64,000 bases of DNA, from NCBI GenBank assembly GCA_016432345.1, contig CP066685.1, forward strand, positions 695,740-759,739. Reading direction: 5' to 3'. Below the pieces are notes generated by a model, which saw nothing but the letters and a program-made list of their open reading frames with translations, ran no database searches and was not told the origin of the DNA. Shown here in pieces: positions 55,583 to 64,000 of the stretch. The first letter of the stretch is position 1, and every line of letters begins with the position of its first letter. The position numbers were made by a program, and so were the translations under genes. This DNA is from Candidatus Levyibacteriota bacterium. Lineage in GTDB: Bacteria > Patescibacteriota > Microgenomatia > Levybacterales > UBA12049.

Positions 55583-56139
55583 ATTTTTCCGCAGGCAGAC
55601 GAATCTATATTGTTAAACTTTAAACTTGCTTGCGGATTTGCTCCTCCTCTTTCTAAACTAGCATACAACCAATAGGCTTGTCCATTGCTGCTGGCATAAT
55701 ATACGTACCTTCTAGTATCTGTGTCTTTAGGCAAAACAGCCATGTAGGGCGACCATTCCTCACCCCAATCTATAATTTGGTGATCTGCTTTAAATCCTTT
55801 TATTCTATAGGGAAGCTTGTCCTCTTTTGCTGTGCTTAGTGGATAACTACTATTATCTTTATGGTACTGCTCCAAAGCTTTTTGCATTTGTTCAAGGTCG
55901 GATTTTCTTATATTATCATTTGCTTTTTGCATTTGCGCCAGGGGATCAAAGTAAACAAATGCGCTTATCCCCAAAACACCAATCACAGCCATCGCCGCCA
56001 AAAGCTCAATTAGGGTAAAACCAGTCTGCAAGCGTATAGCAGGTAGCGTATAGCGTATAGTTTTTAATAAATTTTGCATTTTGAACTTTGAATTACTTTC
56101 CATCGTAGCAACGAAGAAAATATATGTCAAGGAAAACAA
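55543..56139 (-). CDS. Type IV pilin with a long leader; 5' end duplicated at 59809-59940
   Basis: ...LQTGFTLIELLAAMAVIG...KANDNIRKSDLEQMQKALEQY pilin N-domain. The first roughly 45 codons and 80 nt of upstream sequence are identical to those of the pilin gene at 58786-59940. Confidence 0.7.
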   Translation of the reverse strand: MFSLTYIFFVATMESNSKFKMQNLLKTIRYTLPAIRLQTGFTLIELLAAMAVIGVLGISAFVYFDPLAQMQKANDNIRKSDLEQMQKALEQYHKDNSSYPLSTAKEDKLPYRIKGFKADHQIIDWGEEWSPYMAVLPKDTDTRRYVYYASSNGQAYWLYASLERGGANPQASLKFNNIDSSACGKICNYAVSSPNVSP

Positions 56140-56141
56140 TC
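56000..56141 (-). repeat. About 140-bp segment (pilin 5' coding plus upstream leader with an AGCGTATAG x3 array), identical copy 1
   Basis: Identical by eye to 59809-59940, including AGCGTATAGCAGGTAGCGTATAGCGTATAG. Confidence 0.85.
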
Positions 56142-56161
56142 CTTAAAATAAAAGTTTACAA

Positions 56162-57289
56162 TTATGCAATAAAATTTAGGTAGTTTTTAGGCGTAACTGC
56201 CGCAAAAGCCGCTTGGGGATATGAAGTTATCCAATCCTTTGGCGCAACCACTTTTTTCTTGTTAGACCACTTGCATTCATACCCAAATAACTTACCGTCG
56301 CGGTCCTCCACCAAATCTATCTCCTGCTGACTATATGTGCGCCAAAAATACTGGTTGCTATAAATTCCTTTATATGAACGTTTTTTAAGCCTCTCAACCA
56401 CTACAAAATTCTCCCACAATTTTCCACCATCATCCCTCATATCAAGGCCGTTAAATTGCGCTATTATTCCATTACGTATCCCGTTGTCCAGAAAAAAATA
56501 TTTATTTTTACTAGTAATTTCAGAACGCAGATTTCTGCTTAATCCTCCTAATGATAGGATTACAAAAGATTTCTCCAACAAATCAAGATATCTGGCAACT
56601 GTTTTAATATCAATGCCAAGTTTCATTGATAACTCATTTAAAGATACTTCGCTGCCCAATTGAAATGCCAATAATTTTAACAAATCCAGTAATACTTTTG
56701 ATCCTTTGATTTTTTCTAATGACAGTACATCCTTTAACAAATAAGAATTAACTATTTCTTCAATAATACTTACTTTTTCTTGCTTGGTTTTAGCGGTTAA
56801 TACTTCTGGATAAACGCCAAAAATTAAAAATTCATTTAATCTTTCTCTAAGCTCGTGCTTATTATAAATCTCTGAAAGCTCAAGTTGAGAAATAGGAAAT
56901 AACGTAACAGTATTTTTTCTACCGGTTAAAGGTTCGCCAATCTGGTGGGAAAGGTCAAAAGACGATGATCCTGTGGCAATCACCTTAATATTTGGTATTT
57001 GATCTATAATAATCTTTAAACCCATGCCTATATTAGGAATTTGTTGCGCTTCATCAATTGCGATCAATTCATACCCTTGGGCATACTCCAAAATTTGGGA
57101 AAAATCCTGCGATCCTAAAATTTGTTGAGTACGGATATTATCTCCTATATCCAGCTTATATTTTAATTGAGTGCTGTTTAAATAATCCTGCAGCATAGTA
57201 GTTTTGCCTACACGTCTTGGCCCATAAATTACCAGCACTTTTTGTGGTTTTAACAGCTTTCCAATATCATATATTCTAGGTATAAGCAT
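56162..57289 (-). CDS. AAA+ superfamily ATPase (COG1373 / AAA_14 plus DUF4143-like)
   Basis: Walker A IYGPRRVGKTT, Walker B LIAIDEAQ; 375 aa; a paralog lies divergently downstream. Confidence 0.7.
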   Translation of the reverse strand: MLIPRIYDIGKLLKPQKVLVIYGPRRVGKTTMLQDYLNSTQLKYKLDIGDNIRTQQILGSQDFSQILEYAQGYELIAIDEAQQIPNIGMGLKIIIDQIPNIKVIATGSSSFDLSHQIGEPLTGRKNTVTLFPISQLELSEIYNKHELRERLNEFLIFGVYPEVLTAKTKQEKVSIIEEIVNSYLLKDVLSLEKIKGSKVLLDLLKLLAFQLGSEVSLNELSMKLGIDIKTVARYLDLLEKSFVILSLGGLSRNLRSEITSKNKYFFLDNGIRNGIIAQFNGLDMRDDGGKLWENFVVVERLKKRSYKGIYSNQYFWRTYSQQEIDLVEDRDGKLFGYECKWSNKKKVVAPKDWITSYPQAAFAAVTPKNYLNFIA

Positions 57290-57462
57290 AAAAATATGCT
57301 ATCACAACTCCACAAATTTGTCAAAATTTATGGAGTATTGATCCTTAAATTATTTTGTTAAACGTTATTTGGCAAGGTAGAAAGGGTACAACCTAGTCAA
57401 CCATTGACTTCCTTAAATAACCCTGCTAAAATTTAGATATTATTCAAAATAACCCTGCTAAA

Positions 57463-58746
57463 ATGAATTACTACCCAAGAAAACTGCTAAGTAAAATAGA
57501 ACCCTTTTATAAACTTAGGGAGATTATCGCCATAGTTGGCGCGAGACAAGTGGGTAAAACTACCCTTCTAAAAATTATTTTTGATCATTTATCAAAAAAA
57601 CATAAATGTTTATTTTTAACTTTTGAAAATCGTTCTGATTTAGAAATATTTGACACAGATATTGAAAACTTTAAAAAACTGTATTGTTTGGATTACGAAA
57701 TAATTTTTATAGATGAGTTTCAATATGCTAAAGATGCCGGGCAAAAACTAAAATATCTGTATGATACTACCAAAGTGAAGTTTTTTATTAGTGGTTCTGC
57801 TTCGCTGCAGATAAAAGAAGCAGGTAAATACCTGGTAGGCAGAGTGTTTACTTTTGATTTACATTCATTTTCTTTTGAGGAATACTTGGAAGTAACAAAT
57901 CCTGCTTTGTATCATATTGTCAAAAAAGGCTTTAACATAGTAAAAAATCTTTTAGCAGGAAACGAACCTAAAATCACAAATTTCATAAAAAGCGAAGCCC
58001 TAAATGCTAAATTAACAAATCTTTTCGAACAGTATTTGATATTTGGAGGTTATCCTAGAGTAGTAACTTCTAAAACAGACGACGAAAGAAAACAAGTTCT
58101 TGCCAGCATCATAGATAATTATTTATTGCGGGATATTAGTTCTTTACTGCATTTGGCAACGGAAAATCAGTTGTTAAATTTAAGCCGATTTTTAAGTCTG
58201 CAAACAGGTAATTTAATCTCTTACACAGAGTTATCTACAACTATCGGCATGCCTTACAAAGAAGTTAAAAACCACATCAAAATACTTGAGCAGACTTTTG
58301 TTGTTAATTTGGTTTATCCATATTTTGGCAATAGAAGAACAGAACTAGTTAAAAACCCTAAAGTATACTTTTTGGACAACGGTTTTAGAAATAAAGTGAT
58401 TGACAATTTTTCTTCTTTGTCAGACAGGTCGGATATGGGGGCATTAGCAGAAAATTTTATATTCAATAGTCTAATTAGAGGCAACATAATAGATTCAAAC
58501 AAGGTAAATTTTTGGAGAACAAAATCACAGGCCGAGGTTGATTTTATAGTTTTTAGAGAAGGGGAAATTATCCCTGTGGAAGTAAAATACGCTCCCATCA
58601 ATCAAAAAGTTGCGGGGAAAAGTCTGTTTAGTTTTATCAATAAATACTCTCCCAAAACAGCAGTTATTACTACCAACAAAGAATTTGGGGCGCGTCAAAT
58701 TAAAAACACAAATCTATACTTTATTCCTATTTTCTTTTTAGACTAG
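57463..58746 (+). CDS. AAA+ superfamily ATPase (COG1373 / AAA_14 plus DUF4143-like), paralog
   Basis: Walker A IVGARQVGKTT, Walker B IIFIDEFQ; 427 aa. Confidence 0.7.
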   Translation: MNYYPRKLLSKIEPFYKLREIIAIVGARQVGKTTLLKIIFDHLSKKHKCLFLTFENRSDLEIFDTDIENFKKLYCLDYEIIFIDEFQYAKDAGQKLKYLYDTTKVKFFISGSASLQIKEAGKYLVGRVFTFDLHSFSFEEYLEVTNPALYHIVKKGFNIVKNLLAGNEPKITNFIKSEALNAKLTNLFEQYLIFGGYPRVVTSKTDDERKQVLASIIDNYLLRDISSLLHLATENQLLNLSRFLSLQTGNLISYTELSTTIGMPYKEVKNHIKILEQTFVVNLVYPYFGNRRTELVKNPKVYFLDNGFRNKVIDNFSSLSDRSDMGALAENFIFNSLIRGNIIDSNKVNFWRTKSQAEVDFIVFREGEIIPVEVKYAPINQKVAGKSLFSFINKYSPKTAVITTNKEFGARQIKNTNLYFIPIFFLD

Positions 58747-58785
58747 GCCGGCCCTACAGGGAGGGGTATCCTTCTTTTTTCATAA

Positions 58786-59940
58786 TTATTGCTCAAAACA
58801 ATATAATCTCTTTGATTCGTTACAATAAACACCACCACAAGAGCTTGTCCAAGAATTATCTGTTGCCAGATAGCCACCTGTTACAGCACTGTATAAAAAA
58901 GATGTCGTTGACCAATCACTACATGGATTACCATCGCTGCTGCCACTTGAATTAGTTTGCGTCCATACTGTACAACTGGCAGATGAAGTCAAAACATCCC
59001 CGTTTTCTGTTACGTTAATTCCATGCCTCAAATAGGAAGAGTCTGATTTCTGTGTAATCAAATCACTCCAGCTATTTGCAACTAACGTATCATCAATAAG
59101 ATTGTATGATGATGTTTTAGTAAACCTTGTACCAGGGCCGTTTGTACTATCTGAAAGCCATGTCATCCATGTCCTCCCATGCAAATTAGTAACAGTGGAA
59201 TTATCTGCTAAACTTTTGCAAATCTTATCTGCTCCATCCAAACCGCTAGTACCACTACCAGCACTTTTTAAATCACCATTATACACTTGGCTGGTCACAA
59301 AAACATACTTACTTGTGAGAGTTGGTGTAGCTGTGGGAACGGGAGTAGAAGTTGCGGTTGGTTCTGGCGTTGAAGTTGGAGCAGGAGTAGAAGTTGGAGA
59401 TGCAACTTGACCTTGACAAAGCGTGGCTGGACATGGAGCAACCGTTAAATTGGAGGATGTAGCGCTGTAATTGTATGGATCGCTGCATGGAATAACTTGT
59501 GGGCCAACTTGCGAGTCGTTTACGCAGTGATCAAGTTTGGCAAAAAGACGATAGCCGCCAGCATCAAGCCCATATTTATAAGGCATATTAGAATCCTGCG
59601 GCACTTTTTCCATATATCCTGGCCATAAATCTCCAAATGGCACGGTGTCAGGATAAGTACCGTTATCATTGTAATACACTTCAAGCGCCCTTTGAATTTG
59701 CGCCAGCTCCTGTTTCCTTTGAGTATCTCTGGCCCTTTGTATCTGATCTATTGGATTAACAACCACTAAAATCCCTGCCGTTAAAATTCCAAGAATGGCA
59801 ATCACCACCAAAAGCTCAATTAGGGTAAAACCAGTCTGCAAGCGTATAGCAGGTAGCGTATAGCGTATAGTTTTTAATAAATTTTGCATTTTGAACTTTG
59901 AATTACTTTCCATCGTAGCAACGAAGAAAATATATGTCAA
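58786..59940 (-). CDS. Long type IV pilin: pilin N-domain, Thr/Pro-rich linker, roughly 190-aa C-terminal extension domain
   Basis: GFTLIELLVVIAILGIL...RARDTQRKQELAQIQRALEVYY; linker PTSTPAPTSTPEPTATSTPVPTATPT; the N-terminal leader is identical to the gene at 55543-56139. Confidence 0.7.
   Translation of the reverse strand: MTYIFFVATMESNSKFKMQNLLKTIRYTLPAIRLQTGFTLIELLVVIAILGILTAGILVVVNPIDQIQRARDTQRKQELAQIQRALEVYYNDNGTYPDTVPFGDLWPGYMEKVPQDSNMPYKYGLDAGGYRLFAKLDHCVNDSQVGPQVIPCSDPYNYSATSSNLTVAPCPATLCQGQVASPTSTPAPTSTPEPTATSTPVPTATPTLTSKYVFVTSQVYNGDLKSAGSGTSGLDGADKICKSLADNSTVTNLHGRTWMTWLSDSTNGPGTRFTKTSSYNLIDDTLVANSWSDLITQKSDSSYLRHGINVTENGDVLTSSASCTVWTQTNSSGSSDGNPCSDWSTTSFLYSAVTGGYLATDNSWTSSCGGVYCNESKRLYCFEQ
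59809..59940 (-). repeat. About 140-bp segment (pilin 5' coding plus upstream leader), identical copy 2
   Basis: See 56000-56141. Confidence 0.85.
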
Positions 59941-59958
59941 GAAACCCCAGGTGGTAAA

Positions 59959-60531
59959 TTATTTTAGTGGTTTAGATGTTGGTGTAACTGTGGGAGTGGG
60001 GGTTGAAGTTGCGGTTGGTTCTGGCGTTGAGGTTGGAGCAGGAGTAGAAGTTGGGACCACAACTGGACAAAGCGCTGTATCCGCGCATGGAGCAACCGTT
60101 AAATTGGGGGAGGTAACGCTGTAGTTGTAAGTGGTTGTACTACATGTTGCAGAGTCAATAACTTGATTGTCATCGCACCGCTCGAGTTTGGCAAAAAGAC
60201 GATAAGAACTCCCATCTGTAGCAGGCTGATACGAATACTCAAAAGAACCACCTGGATCTTTTGGCATCTTCATAAGATACGGTGAAAACGGTTCGCCCCA
60301 TACGACTTCGGAGGATGAAGGATATTTGCCGTTATCTGCATAGTAGGATTCCAGGGCATTGCGTACCTGCAAAAGTTCCTGTTTTCTCTGCGAATCCCGA
60401 GCCTTTTTAAGTAAATCTACCGGATTTATAATCGTCAGCAGTCCGGCAGCAAGAATCCCCAAAATAGCAATCACTACTAAAAGCTCAATCAGAGTAAAAG
60501 CCCGCTCGGCAAATAACAATCGCTTTTTCAT
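59959..60531 (-). CDS. Type IV pilin with a Thr/Pro-rich C-terminal tail; mosaic relative of the N-terminal half of the 58786-59940 pilin
   Basis: AFTLIELLVVIAILGILAAG...KARDSQRKQELLQVRNALESYY; shares NLTVAPC and the TSTPAPTSTPEPTATSTP segment (nearly identical DNA) with the preceding pilin. Confidence 0.7.
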   Translation of the reverse strand: MKKRLLFAERAFTLIELLVVIAILGILAAGLLTIINPVDLLKKARDSQRKQELLQVRNALESYYADNGKYPSSSEVVWGEPFSPYLMKMPKDPGGSFEYSYQPATDGSSYRLFAKLERCDDNQVIDSATCSTTTYNYSVTSPNLTVAPCADTALCPVVVPTSTPAPTSTPEPTATSTPTPTVTPTSKPLK

Positions 60532-60573
60532 CTTAATGATAAGGTATCAATTCGCCAAAATTATGTCAAGCCC

Positions 60574-63500
60574 CTACGGAGCAACCTCCTGCCAAATATA
60601 GTTGGGGGATTTAAGAAAATCAGGAGCATTTAAAATAAAGTCTAATCGCTCGAAAACTTTAAACGATGGCGTGGTTTTGTTATTACTGCAAAGGTTTCTG
60701 TGATTTATTATCTGTCCTCCTTGCAATTTAGCATTAGTTACCAAAGCGCCGGCAATACTAAGCTGGGTATCTGGTGTTGGAGGGCTGGCTTGACAGCCGG
60801 CAATATCGTTTCCCTCCAATACAATGTCTGAATCACTGCTGTAAAATCCTTCCAATTTGGTAACTGCTTTATCAACTGTAATTTTCCCAGATACCGAAAA
60901 GGTAACAGTCGAACCAACCGGTACAATAATATTCTCGCTGATATTAAGGTTGCCATTTACCAGTATGACATAATTTTTACCATTCGGGAAAGTATATCCG
61001 GTACCAGACAATGTTAAATCGCCTTCTGATTTATACAAACCATTTGTTAATTGACTAATATCCGATGGAAAAGGATTTGGGACAATCCCGTTTTGCCTGG
61101 CGGTGGTGGTCATATAATCGTAGGAGGTTCTAATTGCTCCGCTCACAGGCGTAAATGTTTCTTTCCACAATCCCGAACCAGCTTGCCAATCGTAGTCTTT
61201 CGATGCCCGGCCGCCTGCTACCCCAAAATTTGGGGTGGATCCGCCGGAAAAGATTACTCCAGGTGTTTGGCCGCCGCCGCCATCACCTCTGCCAGGCAAA
61301 GACGCGTATGGCTCCATACCCGTTCTACCCTGGGGAATTGAGTCCACAAACCCGCTATCCATGCGCATATCCCCGCCCACTCCCTGAAACCAGGACGAAG
61401 TACGAACATTTACAGTAACTCTAATAGATTGTGGAATACAATTACGTTGGGCTATCAGCGGATCGCTAGATACCCCTGCATCCTCATTTACTGTTAGCGT
61501 AGCTGTTCCCTCACTAATAGCATTAACTGTAATAATTGCTCCTTGAGGAACTCCCCTAGAAATTCCAATTATTTGACTCTCGGGATCACTAGTATACCAG
61601 CCTATTAAACCTGGATTTCCATTATAGCCAGTGGCGGTTAAGGTGAGCGTTTGTCCAGGCTCCATGGTTATATTTAATCCCGGTGATACCCGCAGGATGC
61701 TGCACCAATACGAAACATCGGTACTGCAGTAGTTGCTAAAAAGACCATTGCTGTTTTTGGCATAGGATTTTGGGTGAAACTGACCCGCAGAATCATATCT
61801 GTGCGTAGCGGTCGAGCCGCCTGGAGTAAGAAAAAGCGAGGTTATAGGATCATCGAAATTGTAGAAATAACTGCTGATTGCCTGCGGCGGGGCGGGGCTG
61901 GTATCAATGCTGGCCGAGTATTGACTTGTTATTATGTTTGAATATCCACTCAAAAACAAAGGTCTAACAAAGGCAAAAAGGTAGCTTCCGGCCGGGGTAA
62001 TTAGATAATCCCGTTCTCCGCCTATCATATGGCTTACGCCCGGTATCCTTTTTAAAGGCAGCCACGGGCCTAAAGTGCCGTCGCTGCTATTAACAGCCGA
62101 AACAAAATCAACGCTAGTCTGTAAGCCGTTTTCTGTAAAACGCAGTCCTGTTACAAAAGCGTAGCCGTTAGACGCAAAAGCATTTGAAAAGTGACCATTT
62201 GGCGGGGCCGTAAGCCGCGCCCAGGAATCTAACGACCCGCCCCCAGATCTTATCCGCGCTCCAAAAACATTTGTTGTTGTCCCATTGAAATCAATTAAAT
62301 AAAGATAATCGTTGGCTACAAACAGATCCTTTATTCCATAAGGAGAGTCCACCTGGGGCATAGGTAATTCTTCCCAGTTAAGACTGTCTGTTGAGCGCAA
62401 AATTTTTGCTGTTACCGCGCCTGCTTCGCTTCTTGTTCCCGAAACAATTAATTTATTACCATAACTAGTCATCGAATAAGGCGTAAACCCCGCAGGGAAA
62501 TTTGGGTCACGGGAAAGCCAAGAACCAAGACTGCCATCGCTACTATTAACTTGAACATTGTAAAACTTATACACATTAGCGCCATAATGATTGTAATTGG
62601 CAATTACATAGATATTATTGCCTCTGTTTGCAACAAGCTGACCAGGATTTAAAGTATAAGAAGGATCAGCGCTGGTGCCGGGATTAGGCAGCGACCATTC
62701 CGGTTTGCTAACCCACGGGCCTAAAGTGCCGTCTGTTTGATATTGCGCTCTAAGCACATTAGCAAGAGAAGCTGTGCCATAAGCCCCCCCAACCATAAAA
62801 AGATAATTATTCACCATTACAGGTTTTGAGTACCAAATAGGAGGATAAGACTGATAAGTGTTTTCAAAAGACTGCAGTGTGCCGTTGGCGTTGATTTTGG
62901 CGGCAAGACTGGCATTAAGCGAGGTTGTTACAACAACAATATACCCGTTTGCTAAAACCGCAGATTGCGGCCATGCGCCAATAAAAGTTGGCGTTTCGGA
63001 CATCTGCCATCCTTCTTCTCTAAGAGTGCCATTATTTTGGTTTATAGGAGCAAATTGCGTAAATCCACCGCTGGTAACATACAAATAATTACCCGATACC
63101 GCAGAATTACTCATTACACCAGGATAAGATAAATCAGTAAGGGTCTGCCATGCGTTTATAGTACCATCGCTATTTACATAAGCTGATTTTACTGTTTTTA
63201 TCCATCCGCTATTATCATTGCCCCCTGCTATAAAAATGTAATCGTTGGCGGCCGCGGCTGAATGATAATACAATGGGATTGAAAGTTTTGTAGTTTCTGT
63301 CCAATCGCCTAAAGAAACGCTGTCTCCGTTGATAGTTATTTTGGCGGAGTAAGTTGTATCTTTGGAGAAACTTCCATACAAACCTCCTGTTACAAACAAA
63401 TATCCTTTAATTGCGACAGTAGCATGAGTATATCGAGGCTGCGGCAGGGACGTAAGGGTTGTCCACTGGTCTAAAGTGCCGTCATCGTTAACCTTGGCGG

Positions 63501-64000
63501 CATAGACGGCGGATTGCGTTGTACCATCGTTTGCCATACCACCGACTACAAAAAGAAAACCATTATACACAGTGGCAGTATGATTATGAAGCTGTTTGGG
63601 CAAAGAAGAAACAGTGCTCCACTGGCCTAAAGTGCCGTCATCGTTAACCTTGGCGGCATAGACGGCGGAAGAATAATATCCTCCTGTAATATAAACATAA
63701 CCATTAACCGCGGCTGTGGCGTATCCAACCATCTCTTGTGATGTAAGAGGAACTGCCATAGGATTCCACTTCGCAACAACATTGCTGGGATTAGCGGCAA
63801 TGGTGTTAAAGACAACGTCAAGCGGCCGCTCGCCCCTATCTGGCTGCGCAGTTAGGCTTTGACAAAAAGGCCTATCCGCCTCGCCCGCAAAACCAAAAGA
63901 AACACTTTGGCTATAAACAGAACAACTTCTATCTTCACAGTTATAAAGGCCGGAGTTAACATTGGAAAATTCCGGCGCGCCGCCTGGTCCAATCGTGTCG
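60574..64000 (-). CDS. Giant secreted beta-propeller (Kelch/galactose-oxidase-like repeat) protein, likely pilus-associated adhesin; N-terminus lies beyond the window edge
   Basis: Repeated roughly 45-aa units (YITGGYYSSAVYAAKVNDDGTLGQWSTVSSLP / FVVGGMANDGTTQSAVYAAKVNDDGTLDQWTTLTSLP ...). The minus-strand reading frame stays open from 63759 up to coordinate 64000 with no stop. Confidence 0.6.
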   Translation of the reverse strand, partial: DTIGPGGAPEFSNVNSGLYNCEDRSCSVYSQSVSFGFAGEADRPFCQSLTAQPDRGERPLDVVFNTIAANPSNVVAKWNPMAVPLTSQEMVGYATAAVNGYVYITGGYYSSAVYAAKVNDDGTLGQWSTVSSLPKQLHNHTATVYNGFLFVVGGMANDGTTQSAVYAAKVNDDGTLDQWTTLTSLPQPRYTHATVAIKGYLFVTGGLYGSFSKDTTYSAKITINGDSVSLGDWTETTKLSIPLYYHSAAAANDYIFIAGGNDNSGWIKTVKSAYVNSDGTINAWQTLTDLSYPGVMSNSAVSGNYLYVTSGGFTQFAPINQNNGTLREEGWQMSETPTFIGAWPQSAVLANGYIVVVTTSLNASLAAKINANGTLQSFENTYQSYPPIWYSKPVMVNNYLFMVGGAYGTASLANVLRAQYQTDGTLGPWVSKPEWSLPNPGTSADPSYTLNPGQLVANRGNNIYVIANYNHYGANVYKFYNVQVNSSDGSLGSWLSRDPNFPAGFTPYSMTSYGNKLIVSGTRSEAGAVTAKILRSTDSLNWEELPMPQVDSPYGIKDLFVANDYLYLIDFNGTTTNVFGARIRSGGGSLDSWARLTAPPNGHFSNAFASNGYAFVTGLRFTENGLQTSVDFVSAVNSSDGTLGPWLPLKRIPGVSHMIGGERDYLITPAGSYLFAFVRPLFLSGYSNIITSQYSASIDTSPAPPQAISSYFYNFDDPITSLFLTPGGSTATHRYDSAGQFHPKSYAKNSNGLFSNYCSTDVSYWCSILRVSPGLNITMEPGQTLTLTATGYNGNPGLIGWYTSDPESQIIGISRGVPQGAIITVNAISEGTATLTVNEDAGVSSDPLIAQRNCIPQSIRVTVNVRTSSWFQGVGGDMRMDSGFVDSIPQGRTGMEPYASLPGRGDGGGGQTPGVIFSGGSTPNFGVAGGRASKDYDWQAGSGLWKETFTPVSGAIRTSYDYMTTTARQNGIVPNPFPSDISQLTNGLYKSEGDLTLSGTGYTFPNGKNYVILVNGNLNISENIIVPVGSTVTFSVSGKITVDKAVTKLEGFYSSDSDIVLEGNDIAGCQASPPTPDTQLSIAGALVTNAKLQGGQIINHRNLCSNNKTTPSFKVFERLDFILNAPDFLKSPNYIWQEVAP

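Noticed and set aside
1-64000. rRNA genes, tmRNA, RNase P RNA, riboswitches (TPP, SAM, T-box)
   Set aside because: I scanned the intergenic regions for characteristic conserved cores (for example T-box AGGGUGGNACCGCG, GNRA-rich RNase P helices) and found none; the amino-acid operons appear to use leader peptides instead.

Overview
The window is a gene-dense, low-GC bacterial genomic segment with TGA used as a stop codon. Many proteins are short or domain-minimised (ThrRS without its N-terminal editing region, a short PheT, a 277-aa trigger factor), which recalls CPR/Patescibacteria-type genomes. Against that, the window carries complete branched-chain and aromatic amino-acid biosynthesis, so I leave the lineage open.

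Contents, left to right:
- A D-Ala-D-Ala carboxypeptidase, a riboflavin-kinase domain protein, a secreted metzincin, typA, an alpha/beta hydrolase and a SAM methyltransferase.
- A minus-strand tRNA cluster (Gly, Phe, Val, Leu, Leu) containing an HNH gene and a LAGLIDADG homing-endonuclease gene whose reading frames run into the 5' ends of tRNA genes, plus a 5'-truncated, frameshifted DUF62 (SAM hydroxide adenosyltransferase) pseudogene.
- Tandem paralogous secreted lysozyme-like proteins, tRNA-Leu(TAG), a short trigger factor, and a small block holding a frameshifted DUF3800 gene.
- An ilvB-ilvN-ilvC-leuA-ilvD-ridA-leuC-leuD-leuB operon, then ilvA, then thrS-infC-rpmI-rplT.
- A shikimate/aromatic operon: DAHP synthase, aroB, aroQ, aroA, aroK, aroE, aroC, a fused tyrA-pheA, chorismate mutase and an aminotransferase, followed by pheS and pheT.
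- An IS200/RAYT-like Y1 (HUH) transposase flanked by inverted REP-like hairpins.
- Convergent PBP1A, then tyrS, purH, recG, rpmF-nusB-rnc and rpsP-KH-trmD.
- A large type IV pilus locus: pilM, pilN, pilO, a PilX-like gene, three minor pilins, four pilin genes with mosaic and duplicated segments, two COG1373 AAA ATPases, and a giant beta-propeller protein that runs off the window edge.

The most interesting signal is four short upstream leader ORFs, each enriched in exactly the amino acids made by the downstream genes: Ile/Leu/Val before ilvB, Leu before leuA, Ile/Thr before ilvA, and Phe/Trp/Tyr before the DAHP synthase. Each is followed by alternative stem-loops and a hairpin plus U-run terminator abutting the structural gene. 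Together they form a complete set of classical ribosome-mediated transcription attenuators. Three of the four also have a sigma70-like promoter whose -10 element sits only about 7-10 nt upstream of the leader ATG, so the leader mRNAs would be leaderless or nearly so.

Other notable features:
- A dispersed AGCGTATAG / TAGACGCTAAACGCT hairpin-repeat family, found in operon-internal intergenic spacers and also inserted in-frame into trmD.
- A (CGCCACA)n heptanucleotide tract inside trmD.
- A REP-like hairpin copied into the aroA coding sequence.
- ~140 bp of identical sequence at the 5' ends of two pilin genes.
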